64,000 nucleotides of DNA from Gnetum montanum. Lineage: Eukaryota > Plantae > Gnetophyta. Positions 9,391 through 21,085 of the stretch are shown piece by piece (the first letter of the stretch is position 1; every line of letters begins with the position of its first letter). Location: NCBI GenBank assembly GCA_015680685.1, contig MNCI01003467.1, positions 124,001 to 188,000 of the forward strand, read 5' to 3'. The notes below the pieces were generated by a model. It worked only from the letters and a program-made list of their open reading frames with translations. It was not told where the DNA came from and did not search any database. The translations under genes were made by a program, and so were the position numbers.

Positions 9391-12300
9391 ATGGCTCCTA
9401 GGAAAGAATGCAAACACCTAGCACTCACCAAGGTGGATGAATTTAAGGAGACCCTAGGGAATGTGACACAGGTGCACGTTCCTATGCAAGAGGAGACCCC
9501 ATCAACCCGGTAAGTCACTACGTTCCTTTGTTTCTCTATGTTACGGTTATTGCTTCTACTTCTTCTATTTTCATTTTCTGCAAATTTTGTCATGCAATCT
9601 GCATCTTTCTGCCATAATTTTACTGCTATTTTATCCATTACACCATCACTGTTGCTAATTTAGTCATGACAGGTGTATGATCACTATGCTAGGATTGCAT
9701 GCAATGTTGTCTAAAGCTCCATCATTACGGCTGGCTTGCGGTAGAAGCTTAGGCGATTTTAGCAACTCCATATGCGAATAGCATAGCATACGATCCTCAA
9801 CAGTGTTTGGCCATGTGTGTGATTAGATAGCGTAACATGTGTCTACTGCGGGGTATTGCAAATCGTGTTGTTAGGCAGAAGATTTGTTGAAACTAGTGCA
9901 ATGCATTGAATTCTTTCTTGTCAAAATATGTGTGTTTTTCTTTTTGTTGCTATGGTAGGTTAATTCTACTACACTATTGCCTTTGTTCTTTCTACTACGC
10001 AACATGCATAGAGAGATTTATGCTATGCTATATGCTAGATGCTAACTTTGCTACATTGTATGTGAATCCCACTCGAACATGATGCTAACATTTGCTATTG
10101 TGTTATGCAGGATGCTGCTAAGGCCAATCTTGATTGTCCTAAAAATTATAGGGGTTCTGTGCTATTTAAGCGAACCAGTGGCCAATGTTCCTCCATCCCA
10201 TGTGTGTGCGGGGTAGCAGGTGGTCTAGTTCTAGGAAGGTGCACGTGAATTCCTACAATTTCTCCTCCAGCACTTTAGTGTAATCGTTTAGTCACACTTG
10301 GCAAAGGAGGTAGTAGTCGTTGTGATAGGAACCCTTTTTCCTGGGGCAAATCAGGGTATTATGAGATTTTTGATGGATGGAGCAATTAGAAGCGAGCAGG
10401 GAGAAGGATCTAGTCAGTGTCCAAAAAATTCGAGGCGTCTAGCTTGGATCTAGAAGATGCTCGAATAAAATTGCTACCATCTGTACAACACTTTTTTTGT
10501 TGCACGCCACATGGGAACCTATTTTCAAAACCCACCAAGAACCATTTACTATGCTAGCGGGTGAGTCCTATGAACATATTCCACTACGCTATGCAATATT
10601 TTCTACACTAGGCAAATGTTAACAGCGTGTTTTTGTTACTAGGTTTTTAATCAACAAGGATGGACTTCATGGTGACTAAAATGTGTTGGCCTTGGCATGG
10701 ATGGCGCTATGGGAGTTTTCTTCCACTGGGAATATGCACAGAGGTATGATAGGCCAATTTGGGGGTGATTAAAAAACCTACCCAACCCGGTACTCCCAAC
10801 TTTATAATAGGTGTAAGGAGTCTGGTTCGTTGGATGAGGGTTGGGTACCCTTCAAACTGATCACCGTTGAAGATGTATTGGTGGATCTTCTGCCATTCCC
10901 ATCACTGTTTAAACCGAGTAAGCTAAAATGTGGGTTGCTTGCATGTTCGAGTGTCAATCCTATTTTTATGCTATTTTTTGCTTATCTAAGTTTTTCTACT
11001 TTTTCCTATGTCAACTGCTACAGTGGAAAAGAAGAGGGAGGAGGTGACGGTGCTCACCTCTGGGAACCATGAAGCCAACATCTACTTCAAGTATAGGGAG
11101 GTAGATGAGACTCAATGTTGGCTTTGCAGCGAGGCCTCAGACTCACTGACCAAGCAATTTAAGAATGTTGGACTTATGGACTTGTTCCTAGCCACAAACC
11201 CAAGCATCCATGTTGCTGAGATGCTATTACTAGCAAACCGCTTCTGCACACGTGTGCACGGTGTGCAAGTGGTCTTTGAATTCAATGAAAAACTATTCAT
11301 GGATCTTTATGGTGTCCCTATTGATGGTCTCCCTATAGGAGCAAAGGCCAAAAGAGAGGCAAACCATTAGGAAGAAGATGAAGAAGAAGAAGATGATGAT
11401 GAAGAGATGTTGGCCCCCAAAATGGGGATGGCTAATAAAGATGTGGTGGCCTTGGTCATAGAGTAAAGGGCCCTGGTCAAGAGGGAAGAAATGCCCACCA
11501 CAAAGGAAGGGGCTCTCATTGTCAAAGAAAAAGCTCTTGTAGATGAGGAGGACATTTTGGCCAACAAGGAGGATTCCCCAACTGATAAAAAGGATGCTAG
11601 TGCCTTGAAAAGAAAGGCCCTAGCAAATAAAGAGAAAGTCCTTGTCAACTGGGAAGGGATTTCTGCTGATGATCCTCTTGCTGAATTCAATTCAGCACTA
11701 GATGAACACAAAGGGTGCCACCATATTTTTGAGCCAGCAAGGAGGGGATCTACAACTAGAAGCTGACGAGTTTGATCATATTTTTGACAGTATGTCAATG
11801 GGTGACCCCCCCCCCCCCCTATCACTCCTAAGGGTTTGCTGGGTAGGAGCCTTTGCACTGTCATTTGTGTTTTTCATCGGCTTCATTGTAGTGCATCTCA
11901 ATCATGACTGACGCGTTTAGTCATATGGAAGACACCACCGCTAACACTGTAGGACCTCCCCTGATTTAACTAAAACCATGGACTGAGACCCTTGACAAGC
12001 TCATGTTCATGCAAGGGGTCATCAACGACATGATCGACCATATCAGACAGGTCAATCCGGAGGTGGGTAAGAAAAGTGGCTATGCTAGGCTTTTAGCTTG
12101 CTATGCTAGACTTCCTGAATTGCCAAGCTTTGCTATGCTAATGCGACTAATGCACTTTCATGCTATAACAGCCTCTCACCTCAAGTGGGACCTGAAATGA
12201 GTAGTAAAGGTGGACTCAGTGCTTACATTCCCACCTGAAGTGACCGAGGTGCCTCGTCGCATATACAACGAGGCTATCAAGTGTGCATTACACTCGGCAT

Positions 12301-13175
12301 GCTCCCTATTGGAGTGTAGGCACATAAATGAAGACCTGTGGAAATAGGTCTAGAGGCAAGAGAGGGAGATATCCAATCTGACCACCAAGGTGGAAGACCT
12401 CCATTCTAGGAACGAGTTCCTCCTAGCCTGTGATAACAATGATAATAATTAACACATAGCCATCATAGATTATGCCAGATATTGGACAGTTGTGTGAAGT
12501 AATAACAAGGCCACCTAGGAGATAATAGAGTAGCGAATGCAAATGGAGTTGTTTGCCTAAAAGAACCAAGATTGGAAGATTATAGCACTAGAGTTTACGA
12601 GTGGGGGCAGTCCTAGAAAAACCATAAGCACATGTATAAACTAGAATGTATCACATATTGTAAACAATATTGGGATGCTTTAGTAAATTTGTTTACTCAT
12701 GAAGCATTCTTGAATGCTATTGGTGCTTCTGAGGCCTACAAAAAATTTATGTAACAAGTGATGGTCATTAAGTCACCTGAGCGAGAATTAAACCTTCCAA
12801 CATGTGAGACAACCACTGCTTCCTTTTCTCCATGACCACCAAGATGGATGGCCATTGAAAAGGAGAAAGCTGCCACAAATGTTGAACTAAGTGATAGGCA
12901 CTGGGTAGATATCATGGAGGAGGAGGTCTAGCACTACCTCGAGCTTGGACTGAACCACATACTCTTCAAGATAGACGCGAGGCTATCTCAAGTCAGTCAC
13001 TTTCCACAATGCAACAGTTTATGTTTTCTAGCTTTTACGTGTAACTCTAGTTCACTACTTCATTTCTATGATGCAGGTTCTAGATGAAGAAGCAGGGTCC
13101 CTAGAGGGCAGAAATGATGACACAGTAGAAGAAGATGGTGCAAAGGGAAACGAGGAAGGGGAAGATGATGCATAA
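9391..13175 (+). pseudogene. Spliced accessory gene antisense to element C (FCP1/NIF-like + PMD-like + coiled coil + acidic tail). Exons ~9391-9509, 10111-10560, 10643-10917, 11024-11842 (internal deletion), ~11927-12066, 12172-12991, 13077-13175.
   Basis: GT..AG introns with branch-point-like CTAAC/CTAAT and T-rich interiors. Splice phases rejoin the frame. Translated exons are collinear with 21298-26023 (-). Confidence 0.8.
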
Positions 13176-13359
13176 TTACAAGGCTCTTGATTTTTTTATG
13201 TTTTTTGCATTTTTGCAAGAATGTTACAAAACTACTGCAAATAAACATTATCTAAGTGGAGTTTTGAATGAAAAATGGATTTTTGGCAAAAATTGATGCT
13301 ACTCTAGTTTACGCATTTCATATGTTATCTATGCGATCGCTTTCTTATGTTTTTCATTT

Positions 13360-13837
13360 TATTTTTAGGCCATTTTAGGCCATTGCTAGTTTTAGGCCAT
13401 TCCAGTCCATGCATAGTTTTAGGCCATTCTAGGCCATGTGAATGGAAATTTTTACCAGTTTTAGGCCTTAGTGGGCCGTACTATAGTTTTAGCCCATTTT
13501 GGGCCATCACTAGTTTTAGGCCATTTCAGGCCCTAGGATAGTAGTGTAGTTTTAGGCCATTTTAGGCCATGGGATAATAGCATAGTTTTAGGCCATTTTG
13601 GGCCATGGTGGAATATAGTTTTAGGTTGTTCCTGGCCATGGGGGAATATAGTTTTAGGCCATTTTGGGCCATCGCTAGTTTTAGGCCATTTCAGGCCCTA
13701 GGATAGTAGTGTAGTTTTAGGCCATTTTAGGCCATGGGATAATAGTGTAGTTTTAGACCATTTTGGGCCATGGTGGAATATAGTTTTAGGTTGTTCTTGG
13801 CCATGGGGGAATATAGTTTTAGGCCATTTTGGGCCAT
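13360..13837. repeat. GTTTTAGGCCATT tandem array with a 165-bp higher-order period
   Basis: TATAGTTTTAG(G/C)CCATTTTGGGCCAT recurs at 13482, 13647 and 13812. Homologous array at 20845-21085 in B. Confidence 0.9.
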
Positions 13838-13999
13838 GCGATTAGAGAGAGGATATGCTAACGATTTAGAGAAAAGTTTATCAATGTACCTAGCGTAGAT
13901 GGATAGATGCAAAACAAAAAGGCAGTAAATGCACAACGGATGCCAATTGGGTAGGAAGCAGTGGGGTTGCTACACTATGCATAGCTACTTCTTGACCCA

Positions 14000-16900
14000 T
14001 CATGGGTTAGATGAGGCATAAGGCCAAGACACCTTGCCAAGGTATTTGTTTGTATCGTTGTCCTCCACTTGGAAGGGAAACTCGGCCCACGCATTTTCAT
14101 TTTCTAATCCAACATGTTGGGCTAACTCCTTTGCTAAGCAGTTAGTGTTGATAGAGATAGGTGCCTCATTCTCAGAGGTGATAACCTCTAAACCATGCTC
14201 CATGTCCATGTTATTTATAGCTTGAGTTGCTACCTCATCATTGTGGGTTATCACCTCCCTACCTACATAGGGTAGGTGAATCTCCTAATGTATGGACAAA
14301 GAGACAGCTCTAAGTTGTGCTAACCATGACCTCTGTAAGATCATGTTAAACTCGGGCATCTCTTCCATTATGATAAATGTTGCATTCATGGGGAACTGGT
14401 CCCCTACCATAAATTCAATGTAGACCGTGCCCTTCACCATGACCCATGCCTTGTTAAATGACTTTAAGCACGATGTCATCATGGGTTTGATCTGGTCGAC
14501 CAAACCCAACTTGTCCACTATAGGGAATGGGATGACGTTTGTAGCAACCCCATCATCAATGTGTACCCTTCGAATCTTGTGTTGGCTAACCCAAATTGTG
14601 ATGAAAAGAGGAACTGTAGTCACCTAACCCTTCTTAGGGTCTTCCCTAATGGAATCATTGCAAAACATCAATTGGGATTCTTTGATTCTGCAAGCACAGA
14701 AGGAAGCATCACTGAATGGATCATCTCTTCTTCTACTGGCATGTTCTCATCAACTACAATTGATGTTAACATGTGAACCAAAGCTTCAAGGTGTGTAGTA
14801 GAAGCCATAATTAGGTCATACAGGCTCAAAGTTGTGTTCTTCTGCTTCAGAGCTTACTTGACCTAGGTGAGAGAATTTAACAAGTCAAGACCATCTTCCT
14901 ATTTACTACCTTTCTCCTCTTCTATTCATTTGAGGAGACAAATTTCCTGAGGAGGGAAAATTTTGGGTTTGGGATCAGACCCTTTTGGACGAGCTGGTAA
15001 TGACGGTGATTGGGTACCAATGTTATCTTTCAGCAATGAGGATGTAGATGTAGAGGATGAGGGCGTAGGTTTAGAAGTACCTAGAGTGGCACATTCTATT
15101 GACACCTCACCTGTCAAGTGCTCTTCTCATTTCTTTGGATGAGAAGACTGCTGTGTTGTGTTATGCGGGGTGGGAACAGTTGAATGACTTGGCCCCCTGA
15201 TAACAAATAGTGTTAACGATGTTAATGGGTGCGATGGTGGTGTGGTCTTACTAATAAGCAATGCAGAGGTGAATGTTTGGGGAGGAACTCTCAAGAAAAA
15301 TGATTGTGGTGGAATTTGTCTAGCCACTGGTGGTGCTGGTGCACTACACTGAGGCACATGGACCACAAACAGCTGCTAGGGTAGTTTAGGATTACTATCA
15401 ACATTGATGGTGTTAATGATGTAGCTGACATTTTTGGCATTAAGAGGATCTATGTAAACATGTAGATATTGATTTTTAGTGGGCACTGGGTTACTCTCAT
15501 CGAGGACTAGTTTTCCTTGATCAATCATCCTTTGGATGTCATCTTTTAATGCCATACAGTAATCCGTGTCATGAACACACTGTTGATGGTAGTCACAAAA
15601 CCACTCTAATCTAAAATTCTTAGGGACTAGCGGCTCCTTGGACAAGGCCAAGGAGGGTTCTTATGAAATTCACAATATCGTTGATTTTTTTTAATTCCCT
15701 CATCTAACATCCACTTGTGTTGGATGTACCCCTTTGCCAATAATTTCTTCAGGAGTTTTGAAGGCTTAACAGGCAATTCGGTATACTTGGAGCAATCTTT
15801 ACGCTCAAAGTTTGGCTTAGGGGGTGTGGATGCTTTGGATGTAGATAGGGAGGATTGAGGTGCATTGCCCTATTTGGGTATGGGGTTAGGTGCCAGTGCA
15901 GCCACCTTCTTGTTGTTCTTGTTATTGTTGTTGGGCTTGGCTTCATTCGCGACAGCGGCCACTGTGGTTGTTGCAGCCTTGTCCTTGTCCTTCTTTGCAA
16001 ATGTGTTTTTGTATGCAACATAAGCTGGGTCTTTTCTTGTCTCAGCTATGTCTTGTATGCTCTTTGTCTAAGAGAAAGCCTGACCAAGAGTCCAGGAAGT
16101 GAGGTAATACAACTTGGACTTGATGAAGTCGTTCACTACACCCTTAAAGACTGTTAGTAAATGGGCTTCCGCGATGGGCTCGCAAATCTCATTAAGGGTA
16201 GCAATCCATTGCTAGATGAACTTTTGGACTGGCTCCAGCATGTCTTGTTTCACACTCATTAGCTGATCCAGTGTAACTTCTATCCTCAAGTTGTACTTGA
16301 AATGCGTTACAAACTAGGTAAAGAGCATCTCTAAGGTTGAGATGGAGGATGGTGGAAGCACGCGGTACCAGTCCAGGGTTTTCCTCATCAGATACATAGC
16401 AAAGACACCGATGATTGTATGTGGCCATTGTTGCAAAAGAAGAGACTTAAATATGAAAGTGACAAGATGGGAGTTGGGATCACCCTCCCCATTGTATTTC
16501 ATGAAATGGGGAAGTGGCATCCCAGGAGGTAAAGTCAGTGCAGGAATTTCCAAGCTTATGGGATCATCCTGGTAAAAATCCATGACCTATACCATGTCAG
16601 AACTAGTAGCCTTGGGGTGTTTAATTTCCTCAATAAGGGTTTGGATGAGCTAGAACGCTTGATCTAGACCTGAAGATGATGTCGATAGTTAGGGAGCTTT
16701 AGAGGTAGCTCCCATCTATGGCGTGGCATGGGCAGCAACATGACCCACAGGTGGCGCTGTGGGGGTGCCCCCTATGAAAGGTGCTACTTGTGCTATCCAC
16801 CATCTAGTAGGTGGTGATGTTGGAGCAACAACTGCCAATTGTGCTACAGGGTAAATCATTTGTGCAACCGATGGGACAAACCATTGTCTCGTGCTTGGTT

Positions 16901-17770
16901 GTACCATTTGTGGAACTTGGTACATTTGCTGGTGAATATAGTGGAACATCTATGATGGCTATAAAATACGAGGAGAGGCATTTGGGATCCACCATGTTGA
17001 TGGGCTTGGGCCCACCGCCAATGGTGGGATAGGTGTAGACACACGAACGGAGGCAGAAACTGCATGCAATTGCCAGGTAGGCACAGTGTGAACATGGGGC
17101 AGAGTAGCCATGATGAAAGCATGATACACTAAGGGAATAGGTTGGGGAACAGTTTGCGATGGGGTAGTGATTGAGAGTGAGACAGGGGAGTAGGCATGTT
17201 GATACATTGAAGACATGGCATGGCTACCAATTTTTAATGTAATCATGGGTTGCATCAGTGCAAATGTGATCATGAAGGGAGTGGCGGTAGAAAGCGAGTT
17301 TGTCCAAAAAAATCGGATGGTAGGAATGGTGGTAGGGTTAGTTTGACCCCCATCCTTAGATTGGGAATCTAGTTCCTCCTGTCCATCTTGGAATGTCTCA
17401 TCATGGTGTGACGCTGTGTCTTACGGCTTCCGAAGCCTAATGACCTAGATCAACTGATCTATGAGCCATTGGTTTGTTTGTGTTAAAGGAATGGAAACGC
17501 TAGGAGTGGGAAAAAATTCCCTCCCATGGAAATAAGTAAACTCGAAGCTATGTTTGTCTTCAAGTTCTTTTGTATCTAAGGGAAAGTTTGCCTGCACCTT
17601 AGGACAAAGAAAGTTATATTGCTCATATTGCTGGGTCAAGCCCTTAGGTGCCTAATTTTGGATCCTGAGGGATCAACGTGGCCCCAGCACTAGGCTAGGC
17701 AGTAGCTTGGCACCTCTGATTCCTTGAACTGAGAGGGGAACCTCAACATTAGAGGTAGTAGCTACTATGC
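14000..17770 (-). pseudogene. gag: gag-protease of element C
   Basis: KYNGEGDPNSHLVTF; CHHC knuckle WFCDYHQQCVHDTDYC; protease RRVHIDDGVATNVIP...FNMILQRSWL (14285-14623). Confidence 0.9.
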
Positions 17771-18005
17771 TAGAGGAAATCATTGTCATAAGGCTAAAAG
17801 GGACTTGCAAATGAGAAAAACAAGGAGATCAGAAGGCAATCGAAGGCTTTCTGTCTTGCAAGATTCTAGAGGAACCGTCGAAGTGACCAATCTGCACCAC
17901 ACAATGTGTAAACAAATGCAAGAGGGTGTCACATTTATGCTAGTGTGTGATGGGGTACAGAACCCATGCAAGACTACCTTGAAACATGGAAAAGACACCC
18001 AAAGG

Positions 18006-18022
18006 CCCTCCTTCTAGTGCCA
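18006..18022 (-). other. Primer binding site complementary to the 3' end of plant tRNA-Asn(GUU)
   Basis: Minus-strand TGGCACTAGAAGGAGGG (= TGGCGCTAGAAGGAGGG with one CpG decay), 6 nt inside the 5' LTR. The tRNA identity is from recall. Confidence 0.8.
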
Positions 18023-18028
18023 GAAAAT

Positions 18029-19864
18029 TGTAGCAACCAAAAATGTCAATGGCTGGAAACACCAAGAGGTTGTCTGGTGCATAGTTTTAACCTCAGATCC
18101 TTGTGAGGGCCATGCTGGATGAAAATGGAAATAGGGTGCCCTAAATAGTTTGGTCAATCAGACAGGGACTTAGTCGGTGTCACTTAACCTTTCATAAACA
18201 TGTAATGTAGAAGCAATGTTTATAACGTAATATAAAAATTAATAAATGAAATGAAGCAAAAAATGATGTAAAATGCAATAATAATGAGTGGGAATTTAAA
18301 GTGAATAAGAGTTAGAAAATGCACCACCTCAAGACCGTGGCTATACAATTCATTGCGCAACACTAGGAAGCACAGAGATCCCAAAGGTAACCAGAGCATT
18401 CAAAGTAGGCCAACTATGTTCTTGAACGTGGACTCGAAAGCCAACAATGCAAAGTGCTACAAAGGTAGCAGGAAGGAGCTAATAGAATGCCAAGAGAAAA
18501 TGCCAACCACTTAATTTTTTCCAATTTTCCAACAATAAGTGCTAAGAATGCTTGTAGTTTCCAATAGTGCTTAAAATTGCCAACCACTAAAAGTTACCAA
18601 CCAACCCCAAGTTTTCCAACCCTTTGATCATTGCTTGTCAAGGTATTTATAGGGCTAGGAGCACACGAGGGATGTGGTTTGGACACCATGTGTCCTGGAC
18701 CTGCAAGGTGCTGACGTGTCCATGCTACATGGACATGCAAAGCTGATTGACAAGCCTGCCATGCTACAATCACATTGTCAAAACTAGAGATGCTGGGGTC
18801 AAGTATGCCAATAATGCAAACAAGGAATGAGGCACACAAGAGTAGCGTAGCTACCTGCTATGCTATGCTATACAATGTAGTGTAGCATGTTGGCATAGCA
18901 TAGCAACTTACTACATTGTGCTACGCTATGTAGCATAGCACAATGTAACCACCAGTTTGAAGAAGAAGTTGGCGTTGAAGTTAACTGCATCTGTTGAAAG
19001 CTTTGTCGCACATTAAGTCAACTTTTGCAGCACTTGGTTGGATATGAATATTTTTCTATGCTACGCTACACTTCATAGTGTAGCATAGCGTAGTAGTTGG
19101 CTTCATTCATGATCCGTGTTGAAGTTGCTAATGTTTGCTTGGAGCTCTAATCATGCTAACAATTGCAACTGTTGCCTTCTACGATGAGAGATCTGTGAAC
19201 TTACTGACTTTGCATATGAGAGGCTCATTACTACTTTTAAATCATCGCTACACCATGCTACACTATATAGTATAGCATAGCATAACAACCAACATATCCT
19301 ACATTTTATTCAATATGCCACTTTATGATGAGAAGCGTTTCTAAAGATTTGATGTTAAGGAGTCGAAGCCAAACAAGGCAATTGGTTTTGAAGGCCAGAG
19401 TGCCTCCTGAGTGCAATTGGAATTACTAGGTAATTTGGGCCTTTCTGTCTTGCCTTTTTCTACGCTATGTAGTGTAGCATAGCATAGCAACCTATTCTAA
19501 AACAGTTTGTACTTGATCGCCTTAGCAACTATCTTCTAAAGCCTGCTATGCTACATAGCGTAGCGTAGCATAGCAAACTTCTTCATTACAAAACATGCCA
19601 AACTATTTTGCATAGCCTGAGCACCACTAACAACCCCATGAATCACTTCTGAGTAGATTGTCAGCTAGGTGAATGGTCTAGGTGGGTAGGCTAGAGAGTC
19701 CATCGAGCTTGTCAACACTAGAAGTAGAAAATTTACTGAACTAGAGAGAACTTAGAGCATTCATTTCCTACTAAACTGTTGTGACATTGCACTTGTGGAA
19801 ATCCCTTGCCTAAATTTTAAGACCCTGGTGAAGCAGGAGGATCTTGAAATTTTAGGGTGTTTCA
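18029..19864 (-). repeat. 5' LTR of element C (1836 bp)
   Basis: Direct repeat of 3593-5447 (9 differences in one 180-bp stretch checked, more in GC-rich parts); adjacent to the PBS. Confidence 0.95.
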
Positions 19865-20700
19865 TCTCCCATGCATTGTAAGGCTTTGGTTCATGTGTTG
19901 GCATTCATTCCTATTAAGGAAGACATGCCAATAGAGGAAAAGACTATCAATGTTGTAATGCTTCCACCTATGACCGAAGAATGAAGGCCAACACTTTTGA
20001 ATTTTCACAATGAATCCATCAAAGCTGACCTTGAGAAGGGTCAAGTAGCTACTACATTCATGTTCATAACAATTCATGTGGGTTTGTACAAGATTCACAA
20101 AGTGCACATTGATGATGGAGCAGCAACCAATGTTACCCCATTCCCTATTGTTGAAACGCTTGGCTTGGTGGATCAAATCAGGCCAACAACAATGGCCTAT
20201 TTAAAGTCATTCAATGGAGCATGTGTGGTTGTCAATGGAATAGTCATGATTGATTTCATGGTAGGGGAGCAATTCCCCACTAATGCATAGTTCATCATTG
20301 TTGAGGAGATACCTAGATTCAACTTAATCCTAGGGAGATCTTGGTTAGCCCAACTATAGGTTGTTTCTTCACCAATCCACCAAGAGATCCACTTACCTTA
20401 TGAGGATGGAGAAGTGGTGATCTTTGGTAACAACATAGCCCCTCATGCCATCAACAATGTAGACACTGAGCAAGGGTCAAAGGTAGAAATCTCCAAAGAT
20501 ATATACCACCTATGTACAATGAAAATCAATGTTATTCGACAGATGAACCAAGTAAAATGAGTGATCCCCATGAGGAAGCTCTATGGGTAGAATTACCTTT
20601 TTCAATGGTATATGATGGCCTAGAAGAGTATCACCTTGTGTCTTCCAAGGCTTATGCATCACCTAACCCACATCAGGTTAGGAAACATCTACATAATTAG
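19865..20700 (+). pseudogene. pol: Protease region of element B
   Basis: KIHKVHIDDGAATNVTP...FNLILGRSWL; collinear with 14000-14800 (-). Confidence 0.9.
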
Positions 20701-20844
20701 GGCATGTCCCTAACTTTCTTGTTCCTCTAACTTGTCTTTAGCTATTTTTTTTCTGTATAGCTACAATTTGTGTTATGTTTGCTTCTTGCATTAGTTATGC
20801 TTTTGTTTTGCCCAAAAAAAAAACAATAAGAAAAAAGAGTACAA

Positions 20845-21085
20845 CATGGCCGAAAATGGCCTTAAACTATGACATGGCCCGAAATGGCCTTAAATTATCC
20901 CATGGCCCACCAAGGCCTAAAACTAGCAACCAACTTTCTTTCACAAAAAGCAATGGCTCAAAATGGCCTTAAACTAGCGATGGCCCAAAATGGCCTTAAA
21001 CTAGTAATGGCCTAAAATGGTCTTAATCTAGTGAGGGCTTGAAATGGCCTTAAAATAGCACATGGGACCCACAAGGGGCCTAATT
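20845..21085. repeat. AAATGGCCTTAAACTA tandem array between PR and the 3' end of the antisense gene
   Basis: About 9 units; reverse-complement homolog of 13360-13837. Confidence 0.85.

Larger units (their letters stand above)
3593..19864 (-). mobile_element. Element C: two-LTR Tat-lineage Ty3/Gypsy element, 16.3 kb, RT deleted, nested in element B
   Basis: LTRs at 3593-5447 and 18029-19864 with TG...CA ends. Perfect 5-bp TSD TCTCC (3588-3592 and 19865-19869). PBS, PPT, gag, PR, RH fragment, aRH and IN are all on the minus strand. Confidence 0.95.

Noticed and set aside
13360-13837. Interstitial telomeric repeat (TTTTAGG)
   Set aside because: The motif is TTTTAGGCC embedded in longer units, not (TTTAGGG)n.
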